Positions 1 to 13,114 are shown, counted from the whole stretch's first letter. The stretch is 63,993 nucleotides of DNA, filler included, from Basidiobolus ranarum (GCA_040143965.1; 8 parts of 8 records of this genome joined end to end with filler, not necessarily neighbours in it); one strand, 5' to 3'. The notes: generated by a model not told the origin, from the sequence alone. Numbers and translations: made by a program.

Positions 1-179
1 CTACAAAACAATAGGTTAGATACATATGGCAATATGCCAGAACAGTAACGTACCAGAAACACTAAACTCCAACTATGAATTCAGAAGATTTATTTCGACC
101 ACATTCTGCATCCTTAAATAGTTATTTCTAAAAAGCGAGATAATAAAGATACTTTGAATGAAACAAATAAACTGGCACC

Positions 180-1672
180 TCAATGCCATTGGGTGATTAA
201 ACGTGCTAAAGCTCCTAGGGAACGAAGACTAGGGGTATCTCTAGAACCATGGAAGTTACAAGCGTGCGCAAGGCTTGGCTGTTGAGCCTTAGGATCTTTA
301 CACTCCTCAGCCCCAGCGCGGTTCACCTTACTGTCACTGTAAACATTACGCATCCAGTGGGAAACATACTGCCTATGAAAACCAGGGTGAATTGCGTTTA
401 TAACATCTTCTAGAGCAGCGTCGGGCATATTAATACTCCCAAATTTCCATCCACTCTCACTCCACCAGGATCGAATCCAATCTGTACGAAATATTGCTTT
501 GTTTTTGATGAATTTGAATTGTGTGTCGGACTCAGCCAACCCATACTGCTTTAAAACATCCTTAAAGGTCGGAGTATAGTGGTATCTATTGGCATATGTA
601 TAGGCATAGGTTTCATCAATCAAGACGTCAACATCTTTGAGGACTTTCTGAATATCAGCAGCGGTTTTATAAGCAAATATCTTTTGTTCATCACCTTGCT
701 TTAATGTATGCGTATCATTGTCTCGTTTCAGTTCAGGAACATCAATAGACTTCATATCAATCATAGTAGCGCCAGCATCAATAGTCAGATTGAATTTGTT
801 GATGGCCGAAGAGACTCCATAATAAGTAACATTCTGGTATGAGAAAAAGCCGACCCAAGCAACCACCGGCTTGTGTTTTTTGGTTTTTTTCATAGCGCTT
901 TTCTTAAAGCAATTATAGTTGCTGATGATGGCCTCGACAACTGTATTGGCAGTTTTCTCCATATTAAAAAAAGTTGCGTAGAATCCCAACCACCCTGTCG
1001 ATTCCAGAATATCTGATACTTCATGAACATTTTGAATTCTTTTACTGAATATCCTTTCATTGCTGAAATTAGGTAATTGTTCAATTTTGTTCCTTGAATT
1101 CAAGAAATCATATGGATATGAGGCGATCTTTTTTTCTTGTCGGAGTTTTCGAATACAAGGGGAGTCTGCCGATGTAGTATACGCAATACGCTCACGAAGC
1201 CCAAGCATCTGAATAGCAAAGTATGTTAGCTGATATCCAGAGAAAATCTGAAATCATCAGAACACTTACCTCAATATAAGGAACAACGGTAGGAGTGATA
1301 ATGCCTACTTTGTTGAGTGGAACTTCAAAGAAGGTATCATGTAGACTCCGGGGCATAGGCTTTGGAGTACCACGTTGATAGAGTACGAAGGTCTGGTTAG
1401 TTTTTTGGTTATAAATGTACTTATAACTCAACTGATATTCAACAGTAAATACTGCTTTCGTATCAACTACAAATAGAGAAAAATGTCAGTTAAAGCGAAT
1501 AATGAGCATATGCGAGTGATTATTTACGCTCAATTTGATCAGGAAAGTAGTTAGTAGAGTTATCATAATCTACTTGAATGTCGGGATCTAGGATATTGCC
1601 AACCGAACTGCCATAAGTGCCAAGGAGCAAGTTAGCTGATAGCAATGTGATAATACTGAACAGAATCGTCAT
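180..1672 (-). CDS. Secreted periplasmic-binding-protein-like (Fe/B12 class, CBA1-like) protein, 3 exons (1672-1528, 1466-1270, 1208-180)
   Basis: Signal peptide MTILFSIITLLSANLLLGTYG. GT-AG introns 1527-1467 and 1269-1209 join the ORF fragments in frame. Motifs NYFPDQIE, FTVEYQLSYK, VLYQRGTPKP, FEVPLNKV, PYIEMLGLR, DSPCI, DVLIDETY, W.ESG..PD.ALEDVI..IHP are typical of the CBA1/PBP-like family. Confidence 0.75.
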
Positions 1673-2594
1673 TGCAGTGAAGCAGACTTGGATTTACAAA
1701 AATTAATCGGAAGGCTTAAATAGCAAATATTGAACTGATGGGTAGCCATCACTTTTGATGCCATTGGATTTTAGATTACCCATCTATATCTGATTGAACT
1801 TGCCGTATTAGGTACTTTTAACATGTGGTCTGACAGCAGCATGAAAGCTACGTCATCCAGGTACAGATAAGCCTCAGTTTATCGTGGCTTTTGTCTCACT
1901 AATCAGAACCTCTACAAATACAAAATGAGTCCTAAGAAAGAGCATAAACTACCTAACCCTTCAAACTCTTCAGTGATTTTACTGGCACTTATGTCACATG
2001 TAGATTCTAACTTGTGAATAGTGATTTGTTGGAGGTATCTAATGCTACCTTTTGTCCAGTTTAACAAATCTAAAAGGCTCCATCCGATATGTTTCTAAAG
2101 TCAAGGCAAGTAACAGCAACATATGTAACTTGTCCTAGTCTCTTCAACTCTGATGTCTAAGAGTATTTCTAAATTTCATCTGGGATTAAGAAGTAGGTAT
2201 CCACCCAATAAAGACTTTCATCCGCGATTAGAAGTAGTGTTTGCTTTGAGTAAACCCAAAGCAATTTTCTGATCAGAGCACCAATCGACTTAACAAAATA
2301 ATTCTGTTCAACATTGTGAAATCATTGCCAAACCCAAACCCTAAATTTGTATGACTTGGACTTCGATATTTTATATATCCTCCCTCTAACCTATCATGGG
2401 AATCCTCGAGTTCACAGTTTTAGTTTGAACAATCTCCATAATTAATTATCATTCAAAATTTTGGAATGCAATTTTTGTTCATTCAGTGCAATCTTTGTAT
2501 AGCATCAGTGCATAGATCTAGTTTTTATGAATATATCAAGCTTGAATCCCCATCAATGAAAGTATCAATCAAGTAATAATGACTACGAATTTAC

Positions 2595-3475
2595 TGTTAA
2601 AGTATTTGGGAGCCTGTTGGAAGTAGTTTGGAGAATTGGAGAAATTGGTGGTTTTCACTTATTGAGTTGACATTTATAGTTTTGCCAAGATGTAAACAAA
2701 CTAACGTGTAGAATGTGTTAAGGAAGGTCCCAGGAACATGTGTGCAAAGTTTGGGGCTTCTTTGAAAAATCTATATATCTGAGAACTTCTAAGTAAATTC
2801 CAATTGAGAATAATGGATAATATCTTGGTGAATTATAAGATAACTAAGTACTAAGCTATATATGACTATATAGGTGTTTAGGCAATGCTAATTTCAACAG
2901 GTTCTTCTCAAAATAACTGCTTACATTGTATTTTATAGTAATGTTAAGTAAATGTGTTGTGCTTTGTATAAATATTGAGTAATACTCCCAGTTTTGAAAG
3001 TAAAAGAAATACACTCTAGTATAATTTAGCTTTGTTGGACTAGAATATGTCTTTGGAATATTTCCAACTAGATAATTATGTCCTACTTGTCATTTATGGT
3101 GCGTAGATTTCATTAAGTGTGGCGCTAGGTTCAGAAGTGTATAATTGTTGAAATTAGCATAGCCTAAACATCTATATAGTCATATATAGCTTGGTATTTA
3201 GTTGTTCCATACTTCACTAAGATATCACGAACTATTTTCAGGAGGAATTTACTCAGAAGTTCGAAGATATATGGATTTTTCAAGCTTGTTCTAGAAGCCC
3301 AAAACCTTGCACACATGTTCCTGGAGCCTTCCTTGACCCAATCTACAGGCTTGTTTGCTTACCTCTTGACAAAACTATAAATGCCAACTTTCTACTCAAT
3401 AAATCAACAAGTGAGAACCATGAATTCTTCTAATTCTCCAAACCACTTCCAACAAACTCCCAAAATACTTTAACA
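2595..3475. mobile_element. Non-autonomous foldback/MITE-like element with ~300-330 bp imperfect inverted arms
   Basis: Left arm ~2595-2899 (TGTTAAAGTATTTGGGAGCC...GGCAATGCTAATTTCAACA) is the reverse complement of right arm ~3147-3475 (TGTTGAAATTAGCATAGCC...CTCCCAAAATACTTTAACA). No ORF; related copy at 36690-37487. Confidence 0.8.
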
Positions 3476-3737
3476 CTTATAGCGCAGCTCAAAACATGGG
3501 GAGCTAAATAATGTCAAATCGTTTGGTAATAGAAATAATATATGTCAATTGTACAGCTTGAAATCATACAATCAACTATGAGAAGCAAAATTATTATCAC
3601 CGAGTAGAAGTGGTTAATAGACATTCAGGATACAAGATTATAAAAGGCAACTGCAGTGGGCAAAAGACAAGTACAGAAATACCCTGCTTAGCTTAGAATT
3701 CACTTTGATTTATCAACAGCATACAAATCATGAACAA

Positions 3738-4121
3738 TGAAATTTTCTGCTCCAAAATTATTGTACCATCTCTCCTAATTGATTGCCATTAATGCAGTTG
3801 CACTAAACCCAAGATTAAAAGCAAGAGACGAAGGAGCATATGACGTCAAAAGTCTTTAACGGTGGTGATGTAGACAGAGGAGAGACCGTGAATAGCGGTA
3901 ATGAATCTATTGCCTATGCTACTGGAAAGTGTAGAGACAGCTATGATGATGGTAACGACGGTGCTGGTAATGTTAGTGATAATGGTAACGATGATAAAGT
4001 GCCTGGAAATGGTGGAAAAGACAGTGGAGATCAGGACTGCATCAAATCAAAAACTAAAGGTCATTATATCTATACTCATTGTAGACATCCTAACCTTTCT
4101 TTACATCACACAAATCCGTAG
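3738..4121 (+). pseudogene. Possible degraded small secreted Gly/Asp/Asn-rich protein gene
   Basis: TATAAAA at ~3639, then ATG AAA TTT TCT. A hydrophobic stretch LIAINAVAL followed by NPRLKARDE lies in a shifted frame, then a low-complexity DDGNDG/DNGND ORF. Frameshifts and stops interrupt it. Confidence 0.3.
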
Positions 4122-5478
4122 TTGCTGCTTGATTAAGTATGCAAAATGAATACGGTTAGCTATATGTTCGTTGTTGGTGTATAACGTTAATAAACAAGAG
4201 GTATTAGTCGTTTCTGACTGAGTTTAAATGGCTAGCGTGGTCAAGAGTAGTAGTCAATCGATGTTGCTTACTATAGCTGCTCTACGATGTAGCCATATCA
4301 CACAGTAATTTCATACTCATGCATTTGTTTACCCCCAGACGATAGAATCATCCACTTGTAGAAAGAGCATGAAGTTTGTTATAATAAAGCGAAAGCTCTA
4401 CCTATTTTGTTGGGAACACTTTCAACTCCTTGTGTATATAAATGGAAACACTGAACCAGTGAAGCAGGTAGTGAATTGATTTACTGTAGTGTACGCAAAC
4501 ATTAAACATGTTTTATATTAATATTACATATAGTATGGTCTGACTCTAATCCACTCAAATGAGTTTGGTTAAACGTTGGCTAAAGTGTGACTTGAAATAT
4601 CAGTGTGGCTACAGCATTGCGTCGTTTCTATGTCTTAACGCTGACAACAGTCTATTACATGGTAGTCTCCGACATCATAGTATTAAGAACAACCTCCTTA
4701 GTGATTAAAGTAAATATTGCTACTTACACCTAGTGTTCGATATACTATCTTTACGTGCTGTCTGACATTCCGCCATAATATGGTTGTAAGTACCATCTTG
4801 CAGGAGATCAATTTTATGTTCGTTTACCAAAATCTTGATTGGTTAGAGTTTAACACTCACAATATATTATTAACCAAAGTGTTGAACAAATACCAATGCC
4901 TAACCCTAACCCGTATATACCTACCAATAGCATGCAGTTACTTGATCTCTTTGTCTAATTACTCTAATACATTCGCTCACACCTAATCAGACAATACTAT
5001 CTCTTTACCCGGGTTCTTCCTTACTTCTGTACGCTACTGGATATCAGAGAACCGGTGAGTTCCGCGGTAGAATTCGCTTTTAATAGATATTATACTCTTT
5101 GCAAATGCCAAACGAACCTGTGATCGTCGTCGTAGATTTTGATTAATAAGTATTTAGCCGTCATTGCTTGGACGCAATTACTGCATTAGGATAGTAAGTA
5201 CTGCACGTAATATCGTAGTAGTCCCAAATTTCAATTCTTCAACTCTGCCCAAGGCAACAAATTATCCAAATGAACATGAAGAGCCAGATTATAGTATTAG
5301 AGCGTATATTGAGTATTGCAAGGCACGTACCAAATAGAGACATAGCGGCCGCTTTTACTAAGTCTAATGAACTGTTTTACATTTGAATCTATTTCTAGAA
5401 CGCACCTTGCCATCAAGCACTAATATAAATATAATGTCATGAAAGGATTACGTTAGAACTCAAAAACCTCAATTCATC

Positions 5479-6294
5479 ATGGTTGCTATTTCCTCCCTTC
5501 TTTCTCTGCTATTTGTGACCACCCTCAGTTGTGTTCAAGGTCAAGACTTGGTGGAGCCCGTGGTCTTTCCTAACCAATACTCAGAATTGGCCGATTCCTT
5601 CTTTGAGGGCAAGCGTAGTCGGGTAGAAATCATCAAAGAGATAGCTCAGCCCGAGAATGATCTTAAAATCAAAGGCTTAGACGTAATTCCCAGGGAGATG
5701 CTACGAGATAATGGTCAGTTGAATTATATAGCTTCTCTTAGCGTCAATAATAAAGCGGCATACAGGAGCAACGAATGGCTGGAGAACTATGATACCAATC
5801 CCGAAGGTTGCCGAGTATATGGTCAATTCCGAAAACAGGTACAAAGATGTAACAATTACTTCATCGAGAAGAACTTATTCCGAGACAATACCAAAAATAC
5901 GGGTTTACGCTATGCTTACTCTTGCGATAACACCATGGAGATCCCATGCCCTCGTAGTGGGTGCCGATACGATCCAACCCAGCCTATTTACAAAAGTGTA
6001 TCTAATCCTATATATGTTAAGGAAGCGAACATCATGAAACCTAATGGTAAAGGTGTTGAAGAAGACATTAAGTTTGCTGATGATAAAGAAGAGGTGATTT
6101 TGTTCCCCGGGACAAAAACCATGACTCTTCGCGAATGCTTCTCTCGTCAGGTCTATTATGGAACTCAAGTTCAGATCCAAGAAAACAAGAAAAACGGATA
6201 TTTCCCTCAAGTAGAGAATTCGGAGTCACGAACTGGCCCTAGTGGTACCACTGAAGTCCGTGATAAGCGGGCATGGTTTGTGTACTTGAGTTAA
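5479..6294 (+). CDS. Intronless secreted protein of unknown function, 271 aa
   Basis: Clear signal peptide MVAISSLLSLLFVTTLSCVQG, TATAAA at ~5425, several Cys, uninterrupted ORF. Confidence 0.75.
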   Translation: MVAISSLLSLLFVTTLSCVQGQDLVEPVVFPNQYSELADSFFEGKRSRVEIIKEIAQPENDLKIKGLDVIPREMLRDNGQLNYIASLSVNNKAAYRSNEWLENYDTNPEGCRVYGQFRKQVQRCNNYFIEKNLFRDNTKNTGLRYAYSCDNTMEIPCPRSGCRYDPTQPIYKSVSNPIYVKEANIMKPNGKGVEEDIKFADDKEEVILFPGTKTMTLRECFSRQVYYGTQVQIQENKKNGYFPQVENSESRTGPSGTTEVRDKRAWFVYLS

Positions 6295-6313
6295 TGATTT
6301 TGTAATTGCTAAA

Positions 6314-6402
6314 CCTCCCCTTGTTTAACTTTTCAAATTTTATCAGCTCATCGAATCCCTCCCCTTGTTATAACTTTTCAAATTTTATCAGCTCATCGAA
6401 TC
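6314..6402 (+). repeat. Tandem duplication of a 44-45 bp unit in the 3' region of the secreted protein gene
   Basis: CCTCCCCTTGTT(A)TAACTTTTCAAATTTTATCAGCTCATCGAATC twice, differing by one inserted base. Confidence 0.9.
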
Positions 6403-7950
6403 TCTATGATCTGAAATAGTCAATTCTAGTTGGGTAATCATATATAAAATACCTCAACTGCATGACCTTTTGATTAAACTGGTGGACAATGTACGATTGG
6501 TTGAAACTGGATACTGGGTCAAAGTTTGCTTATAACAACTAACACGGATGTGTAAATGATATAGTTTAACTCAATACATGGCTCCTCAATATTAATTAAT
6601 TGGAACTCTTTTAAACAATTTCACAATTGCATTCTATACACACACGTACTGTGTTATTTAGGGTTAGGATTGGAGATGTGATAGATCACGATAGATACCC
6701 TCACAGTTGGTGGAGATGAAATTTAGGGTTAGGGTTAGCCTGTAGCGTAATAAATAATAGTAATATAATTACAAGTTTCATAAATTCTTCAATATACTTC
6801 CCAGCACTCTTCATAAATAATCGTCTTTGGTAGCTAGAGCTAGTAATGGATATCGTGGGGTTATGCAAGACTAGTAGCCTATTTAAAGTGCATAATAATA
6901 TATTTTTAGTACGTCCATTAGCAGTAATGCTAATCTTTTTACATGCTCAATATCTACGGAATCCATTTGTTCTTAGTACAGTATTTCTGAGAACGGCTTG
7001 AGTACATGTGCGCGTGTAACCCATACCTTCTAAAATTGCTCTATTTGAAGTGGGTTGTTGTTTATGTCTTGAGTTGTCCTGGCTTCTCTGGTTACAGTGG
7101 GAAAAAAGCAACGTCAGTTACTACATACTCCAATTATCAAAATCCAGGTAGTGAACTTGTGAATGCCCTGAATCGTCATCTTTACAGATTCTTCTCATGG
7201 TCCTAAATTCAAGTAACGACGGTAGCGCAGCATCCACCACCTCAATATCTATTCTCTATCTCTGCATTTTGAAGGATAAAATTCCCTGGAAGTCAATATC
7301 AAGAATGCAAAGATTATTATTAGAATGGAAATCTTGCTTAACTAACATTGTATTGTCAAGTTATATGATAACTGAGTAATGATTGGTGAATGAGGAGTCT
7401 ATTCAATAGTGTATAGCAATTCAAATATAGGTCAAATCTGAGCATAAGTGCCACTCGATATATATGTCGGATTGCTTTGGTTCTTCTCCTATACTTCTTT
7501 AAACTCCGACTTTTGCAACAGACTAAAAAAAATGGCGAAAAGCAGAAATAAAGCCACGAATCTTCTGGAGACATGGTAAATATACGACTTCTGTGATATA
7601 TATTTATAGACATTGGATTTTTTATTTGATAAAATGAGAATGTATATTATTCTCGATTCATTACAGTGATCTCTCTATGCTTTACAAGTAGAGTTTCGTT
7701 AGATCTCTAAAAAGAATATGTAAAAAATTGTTGGAATATCTTATCGATATAGGATGCCCAAACAGAAGGACAAACTGAGATACAAGCGATGACAGGTGAT
7801 CTAGCACATGCCAGGGAAACGTTGACACCAGAGAGGTTGAATCGTATAAGAAGCAATTCCACGATCAACAAGACGAGCCCGCATCTCATTAATTCTGGGG
7901 GAAACATCAGCAGTGGGTCTGATAGTGCCATTAACAAGCTTGTTACCGCT

Positions 7951-8050
7951 NNNNNNNNNNNNNNNNNNNNNNNNNNNNNNNNNNNNNNNNNNNNTTAATT
8001 AATTAANNNNNNNNNNNNNNNNNNNNNNNNNNNNNNNNNNNNNNNNNNNN
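7951..8050. other. Artificial linker (N-run + TTAATTAATTAA + N-run); same linker at 15999-16098, 24047-24146, 32087-32186, 40121-40220, 48137-48236, 56149-56248
   Basis: Identical 100 bp construct every ~8 kb with stops in all frames; genes are cut at its edges. Confidence 0.97.
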
Positions 8051-8511
8051 GTGTTGGTGAGTCTGGTGATAGACTTACTCGTGCTGCTAAGGTGTTGGAA
8101 CAATTGACCGGTCAAACTCCAGTCTATTCCAAGGCTCGTTACACTGTTCGTAGTTTCAGTATTCGTCGTAATGAAAAGATTGCTGTCCACACCACTGTCC
8201 GTGGTCCTAAAGCTGAGGAGATCTTAGAGCGTGGTCTTAAGGTTAAGGAATATGAGTTGAAGAAATCCAACTTCTCTTCCACCGGAAACTTCGGTTTTGG
8301 TATCCAAGAACATATTGATTTAGGTATCAAATATGATCCTTCTATTGGTATTTATGGTATGAACTTCTTTGTTGTCTTGGGTCGTCCTGGCTTCCGTGTC
8401 TCTCGCAGAAAGAGATGTCAATCCAAGGTTGGTTTCTCCCACCGTGTTACCAAGGAGGAGACCCAGAAGTGGTTCAAGCAGAAGTATGACGGTATCCTCT
8501 TGAACAAATAA
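8051..8511 (+). CDS. RPL11: 60S ribosomal protein L11 (uL5), 5' truncated by linker
   Basis: [46 protein letters not shown]...[18 protein letters not shown]. Confidence 0.97.
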
Positions 8512-9335
8512 TTCTGCCATTCATATAAACCCACCATCTTTCATGGATCCTGATTCATTGGTAAAGAGATCGTATGAATAAATTAATATTTACTTGGTTT
8601 TGTGTTGCAAATTAATTCCTTGAACTCTCAAGAGCACAGGAACACTAGATATTATTGATTTCAACCAACTGATGGCATACTGAGCAACCTGTTGTGGAAA
8701 ATGGAATTTAGAAATAATCACTTCAAAATCATATGCACTATATAGACTTGAATAAACGATGAGAACTAATCGATGTATTGAGACTGATTTTGAATGTGGC
8801 GTTTATCACAAGGTGTACTGGATTACACAGCGCCTTTTTCCAGCAACTGAAATAATTAAACTATTAACTTGTACTAAAGTAGCATGGTGAAGTTGTATTC
8901 TTCAGAGGTTTAAGAAGCACCTCTAAGTGGTTGTGTTGTGAAAATTACTCGGAAATGCTCAGTGGAAATGGTTTAATGACAGTGAGATAGTCGTAAATTC
9001 TGAGAGTACCATCAGTATTCAGCTGTGACTTCAATAGCCAAGCAATATAGCTTTTGATGACCATCTCATAGGATTTTAACGCTTTCTGAAGCAAACTAAA
9101 CTGTCTGTTTTGGGTCTAATGTTAATCAATCCACAAAAAGGCTCAAGGCTGTGTGATAATGCGTAGTAGGAAATGGTTTATATACCAGTAAATATAATGT
9201 ATAACATGATGGAGTGCGTATGTGATGTCTTATGCATTGAATAAACATGGGCGTATAGGTGGAGACTACAATGTATATCCTGTTAAGACACACACATAAG
9301 ATAGGCTTCGAAAAGAAGGAAGCGAACAGTAATAT

Positions 9336-9827
9336 TTATTCTTGTTTATCTTGTTTCTCCTCAAACTCTTGTTTACGTTTCAATTTTTGCATGTTTCTAA
9401 AGCGACGCATGTAACTAGAAAAGAAAGGGATTTAGTTAAGCATGCTTGGACAGAAATGAATTGTGTAGTATTTTGACTGTTTATAATAATTATTTGAGAA
9501 TATAAGCGTAGATAAAGTACTTACTCGTCGTATTGGCATTTCTCGTAACCATGACGCTCGTCCTCACATTTCCAAGGAAGATACCAAGAGGCCTCGCGGC
9601 ATTTGTTCAAAGGAATAAGAAGGTGTGCACATCCATCACGGTAAGCCAAAGGAATACGTGCATCTGCCATTTCCTTTTGAGTGGCGACCATTGGTGGGGG
9701 CGCTTCTAAAGTGAAATCTATAATGGGTACAATCAAACAAAGGGGCCATGGAATAGTTTAAGAAGGGAATAGTAAGGAAAAGATCTTCTTGACTTTAAAT
9801 GTACAAACCTTCGGTTGCAGTGGCCAT
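9336..9827 (-). CDS. NDUFB7: NADH:ubiquinone oxidoreductase B18 subunit, 3 exons (9827-9809, 9705-9525, 9414-9336)
   Basis: MVATQKEMADARIPLAYRDGCAHLLIPLNKCR...LPWKCEDERHGYEKCQYDDY; twin CX9C-type Cys; GT-AG introns in frame. Confidence 0.92.
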
Positions 9828-10368
9828 ATTTGTATACGTACTTCACAAGTGACTAAGGACAAAACTGTGAGGAAAGTATATTTGAAATTGAATTAGAAAC
9901 TTGCAGGTGTGGGACGAGTATCGAAGATGGTATTCATGTTGGGGTTTTTTGGGGTGAAGACCCCTTTCTTTTTTTCTTTGGGTGCGGGGTAATATGAGAA
10001 CTACTTCAATCATGATTCTATTTCTGTAGATGAGATCGTGAGGGATGCACCTCCGAAATTCGCCGAAAAATGGACAAAATATTACACATTTCTACAATTT
10101 TTGTTGGATTATCGATAAGTGGTTTATTTTCAAGTTGAATTAGATAAATATATTTAGTAGTGCTGTTAAAGTTGAATGAGTTTGACGTTGGAGAGTTAAT
10201 ATCTAACATAAAGGTGATGCCCATAGCTCCAGAGATTATTTGAAAATAATGTATCTAAAGTATTTTAGATTTTATCGTATTTCTTGAGTTACAAATGATA
10301 CTATCGATTAGTGGCTTTCATTCGTGCACAGCGCTATAAAAAGAAGTGATATCCATGCACCCCAAAGC

Positions 10369-12097
10369 TTAAAGCGAAGAGGACATCCAATTCCTGAGAC
10401 ATTTACGATTAAATCAACATCAAGGCTAAGTTGAAGTGTATAGTGAATTACGTACCTAGCTAATTCATTTTTCATTAAAAATGCAATCGCCACAGTAGAT
10501 ACAGAAGCAGACAACGCCAGGACAGCAAGGATTCGATTCGCATTTTTGCCGAAATAATTCTGACGAGGATCTCGTTTTTGGGCTGGAGGCAAAGGTTTGC
10601 TGAGTATTTTGCGAACATGTTTGATGTCTGGTTGGTCTTCAAATCCAAGGTTTTCCCAAGTCTCATTATACGTATTCACTACAGATCTGAGTTTGAAATT
10701 AGTTAGCTTACTAGAAAAGGTTAGAGTTTGATGACCACACCTGACGGGTAACTGAAGTCCAGCTAATGTTTGGAGTTTGTTTGGTGGATATTTGGCTAAC
10801 AAATCCATTGATCTGGTAATGAGTACATCTACATTTGCTTCTTGAGGTAGTTTCGATAAAAATGTGTGCCCCATAGCATACTCACATTCGCATTCAAGCA
10901 ACTCGTCTTTGCGGCTTAGCACGCCCTTCGAAACAGAACTGAGTCATTGTATACAAAAGAAATCGATCAGAAAACAGGATACTCACACTAGCTGCAAAAT
11001 AGACAGGCGCCAATGGATTCACACAAAGGAAAAAGTCGAAAAGGCGAGTGACTTTAGAAAAATCATTGAAGTCGTGACTGCACCATGTTAGAACCCAGCT
11101 AAGACAAAAATATGGCGGGGTTTCTGATCTAAAAAATTTTGTTTAGGTAAATGTTCCGTATGGCTATCATTACCGAGGACGCTTTACTTTAGTAAGAAGT
11201 TATTGACTTCCGAGTCCTCTTGAGCTATAATAGTTTGCATTAAAGCTAGTTGACTCATAACTGGCTCCAGTGAATCTGACATAGCATCCGTTAGATTGAG
11301 TCAAAGAGCGTAATGGGTGTGAAGTTATATGAGCAATATAACGAGCAATAGTTCAAAGGATATCTCAGGAAAAATAACGCCATATTCTGAGCAGCCTCGG
11401 TTGCTTTGTCCGGACCAAGAACCAAAAGTAAGCAAGTGCATATATCATGAAAGCCCTAGTAGATCATGTTATTAAATATGAAAGGTGAATCTGAACAACG
11501 AGATGATAGGATAACATGCCTGATAATAAGATAGATTAGGATTATTTCTGAGGACCTGGGTGATCACTGAAGTAAGATCTTTTCGCTTCTCGGCTCGCCA
11601 AGTTTGCCGAGTGTCAGCTAAATGAATTGAGGCTCATTAGTAGAATAACTAAGTTAATACTATAATTACAAGAAATATCAAATACCCGTTGGTAATTTCC
11701 CTAGAGATCTTTTGACATCCAAACTGACTTGGGATTCATCTTTGTGTGGTTTACCTAGAAGAATATAAGATACTTTATTTTTTCCCAAGTCGACACATAA
11801 GAGACCATTTACTTTCTGTCGGATTTATTTGTGTCTTATCACAATGAAGGATAAGAGGCCTTCGTTAAAATTTCATTAACATATTAAATTTGAAGTGTTT
11901 ATAAAACTAATGAAATGGTACCAAGATAATCTTCGAAGTCCATCATTTAGTAAACCTGGACCAGTGGTTGCCAACATCTTTAAGCTAGCAATGTCTTTAT
12001 TACGAATAGCGTCATTTATTAGACCTACTCTCAGTTGTTGTTTATCACGATTACTTCTACGAGGATGGGTTCGGTGGAGAGTTTTTTTTCTGACCAT
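10369..12097 (-). CDS. TBC-domain Rab GAP, TBC1D20/Gyp8-like, multi-exon, C-terminal TM anchor
   Basis: GLLNDGLRRLSW, DESQVSLDVKRS, YYQGFHDI, PYFCLSWVLTWCSHD, RLFDFFL, hydrophobic C-terminus ILAVLALSASVSTVAIAFL. Confidence 0.88.
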
Positions 12098-13114
12098 TTA
12101 GAGTATAGATATGAAAACAGTACCAGTCACTATATGAAGAGAGTCGACAAGTGTACTTTGTTACCACATTGCCAAGCATTAATGCATGTTCGCCTGATAG
12201 ATCGCATAGGATCTTCCAAATCGCACATTATATGATGGGAGGTGACCAATGGGTATGAATGAATCAATTTGTTAGATAACTCTACTGCCACGTAATATGA
12301 AGCAAAATTGCACCACTCAGCCTTTTTGATGCAATTGAGTATCCACTCGATTATTATGTGTAGCCGTGAACAACAAAATCATGACTCTCAGGATTCTAGG
12401 ATGACCAAGCAATCCTAATATAAATATGTGAGCTGTCAGCTGACTGTTCACAGTAATGGTATGGATCATGAGTATGCAATGATATGCATGGCGTATCCAA
12501 GCACCTCCCAGAGTTCAATCCATAGTCCTATATGGCACAGCCTTCCAGCCCTACCAGATATTTTAGATTTGACTAGAAGGGCTTGTTAGTGAGTGAAACT
12601 GGGCTCGTTCATCTTGTACCAAAGCGACGCTTGTATTTCCAGCAAAAGTATCACGAGTGGTTCTGGTGCTACATCAGGTAGGTGATACGGGTTCTCCGCG
12701 CGAACTCTGGCGTACAGTTTATCAGTTAGTTCACCTTGGTTCGAAATTTGGTTTCTAGTAATATTTGTGCAGAAGTGCCCTAGATCTGATTGGACAGCTA
12801 AGTTAGGTCTCAGAGTTAGTACCTATGCTTTTATTAATGAACGAATTGAAGCGTAGGAACATTCCGAGTTTTCATTTTACTTCCTAAATTATTCTTCTAT
12901 TTGAGCTTCTTCATAAGCCATATTATATTAGTGGCACCCCTGCATGCTTAGGCAAAATTGGCAAATGAGAAGCGTGTGGGAGTATGAAGTGATGAAGCTT
13001 ATTCTATATAAGTTTGTTGCAAATTCCTTCCAATTTGAGTTTTTAGTCCTATCACAGATCTGGCTCCTCAATATCTATATCTGTACGTGAAGGTTAAAGA
13101 AGCAATTCTCTGGC

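Noticed and set aside
7528-7950. Possible spliced gene start running into the linker
   Set aside because: Some splice-like signals, but no recognisable product and it is truncated; cannot be supported.
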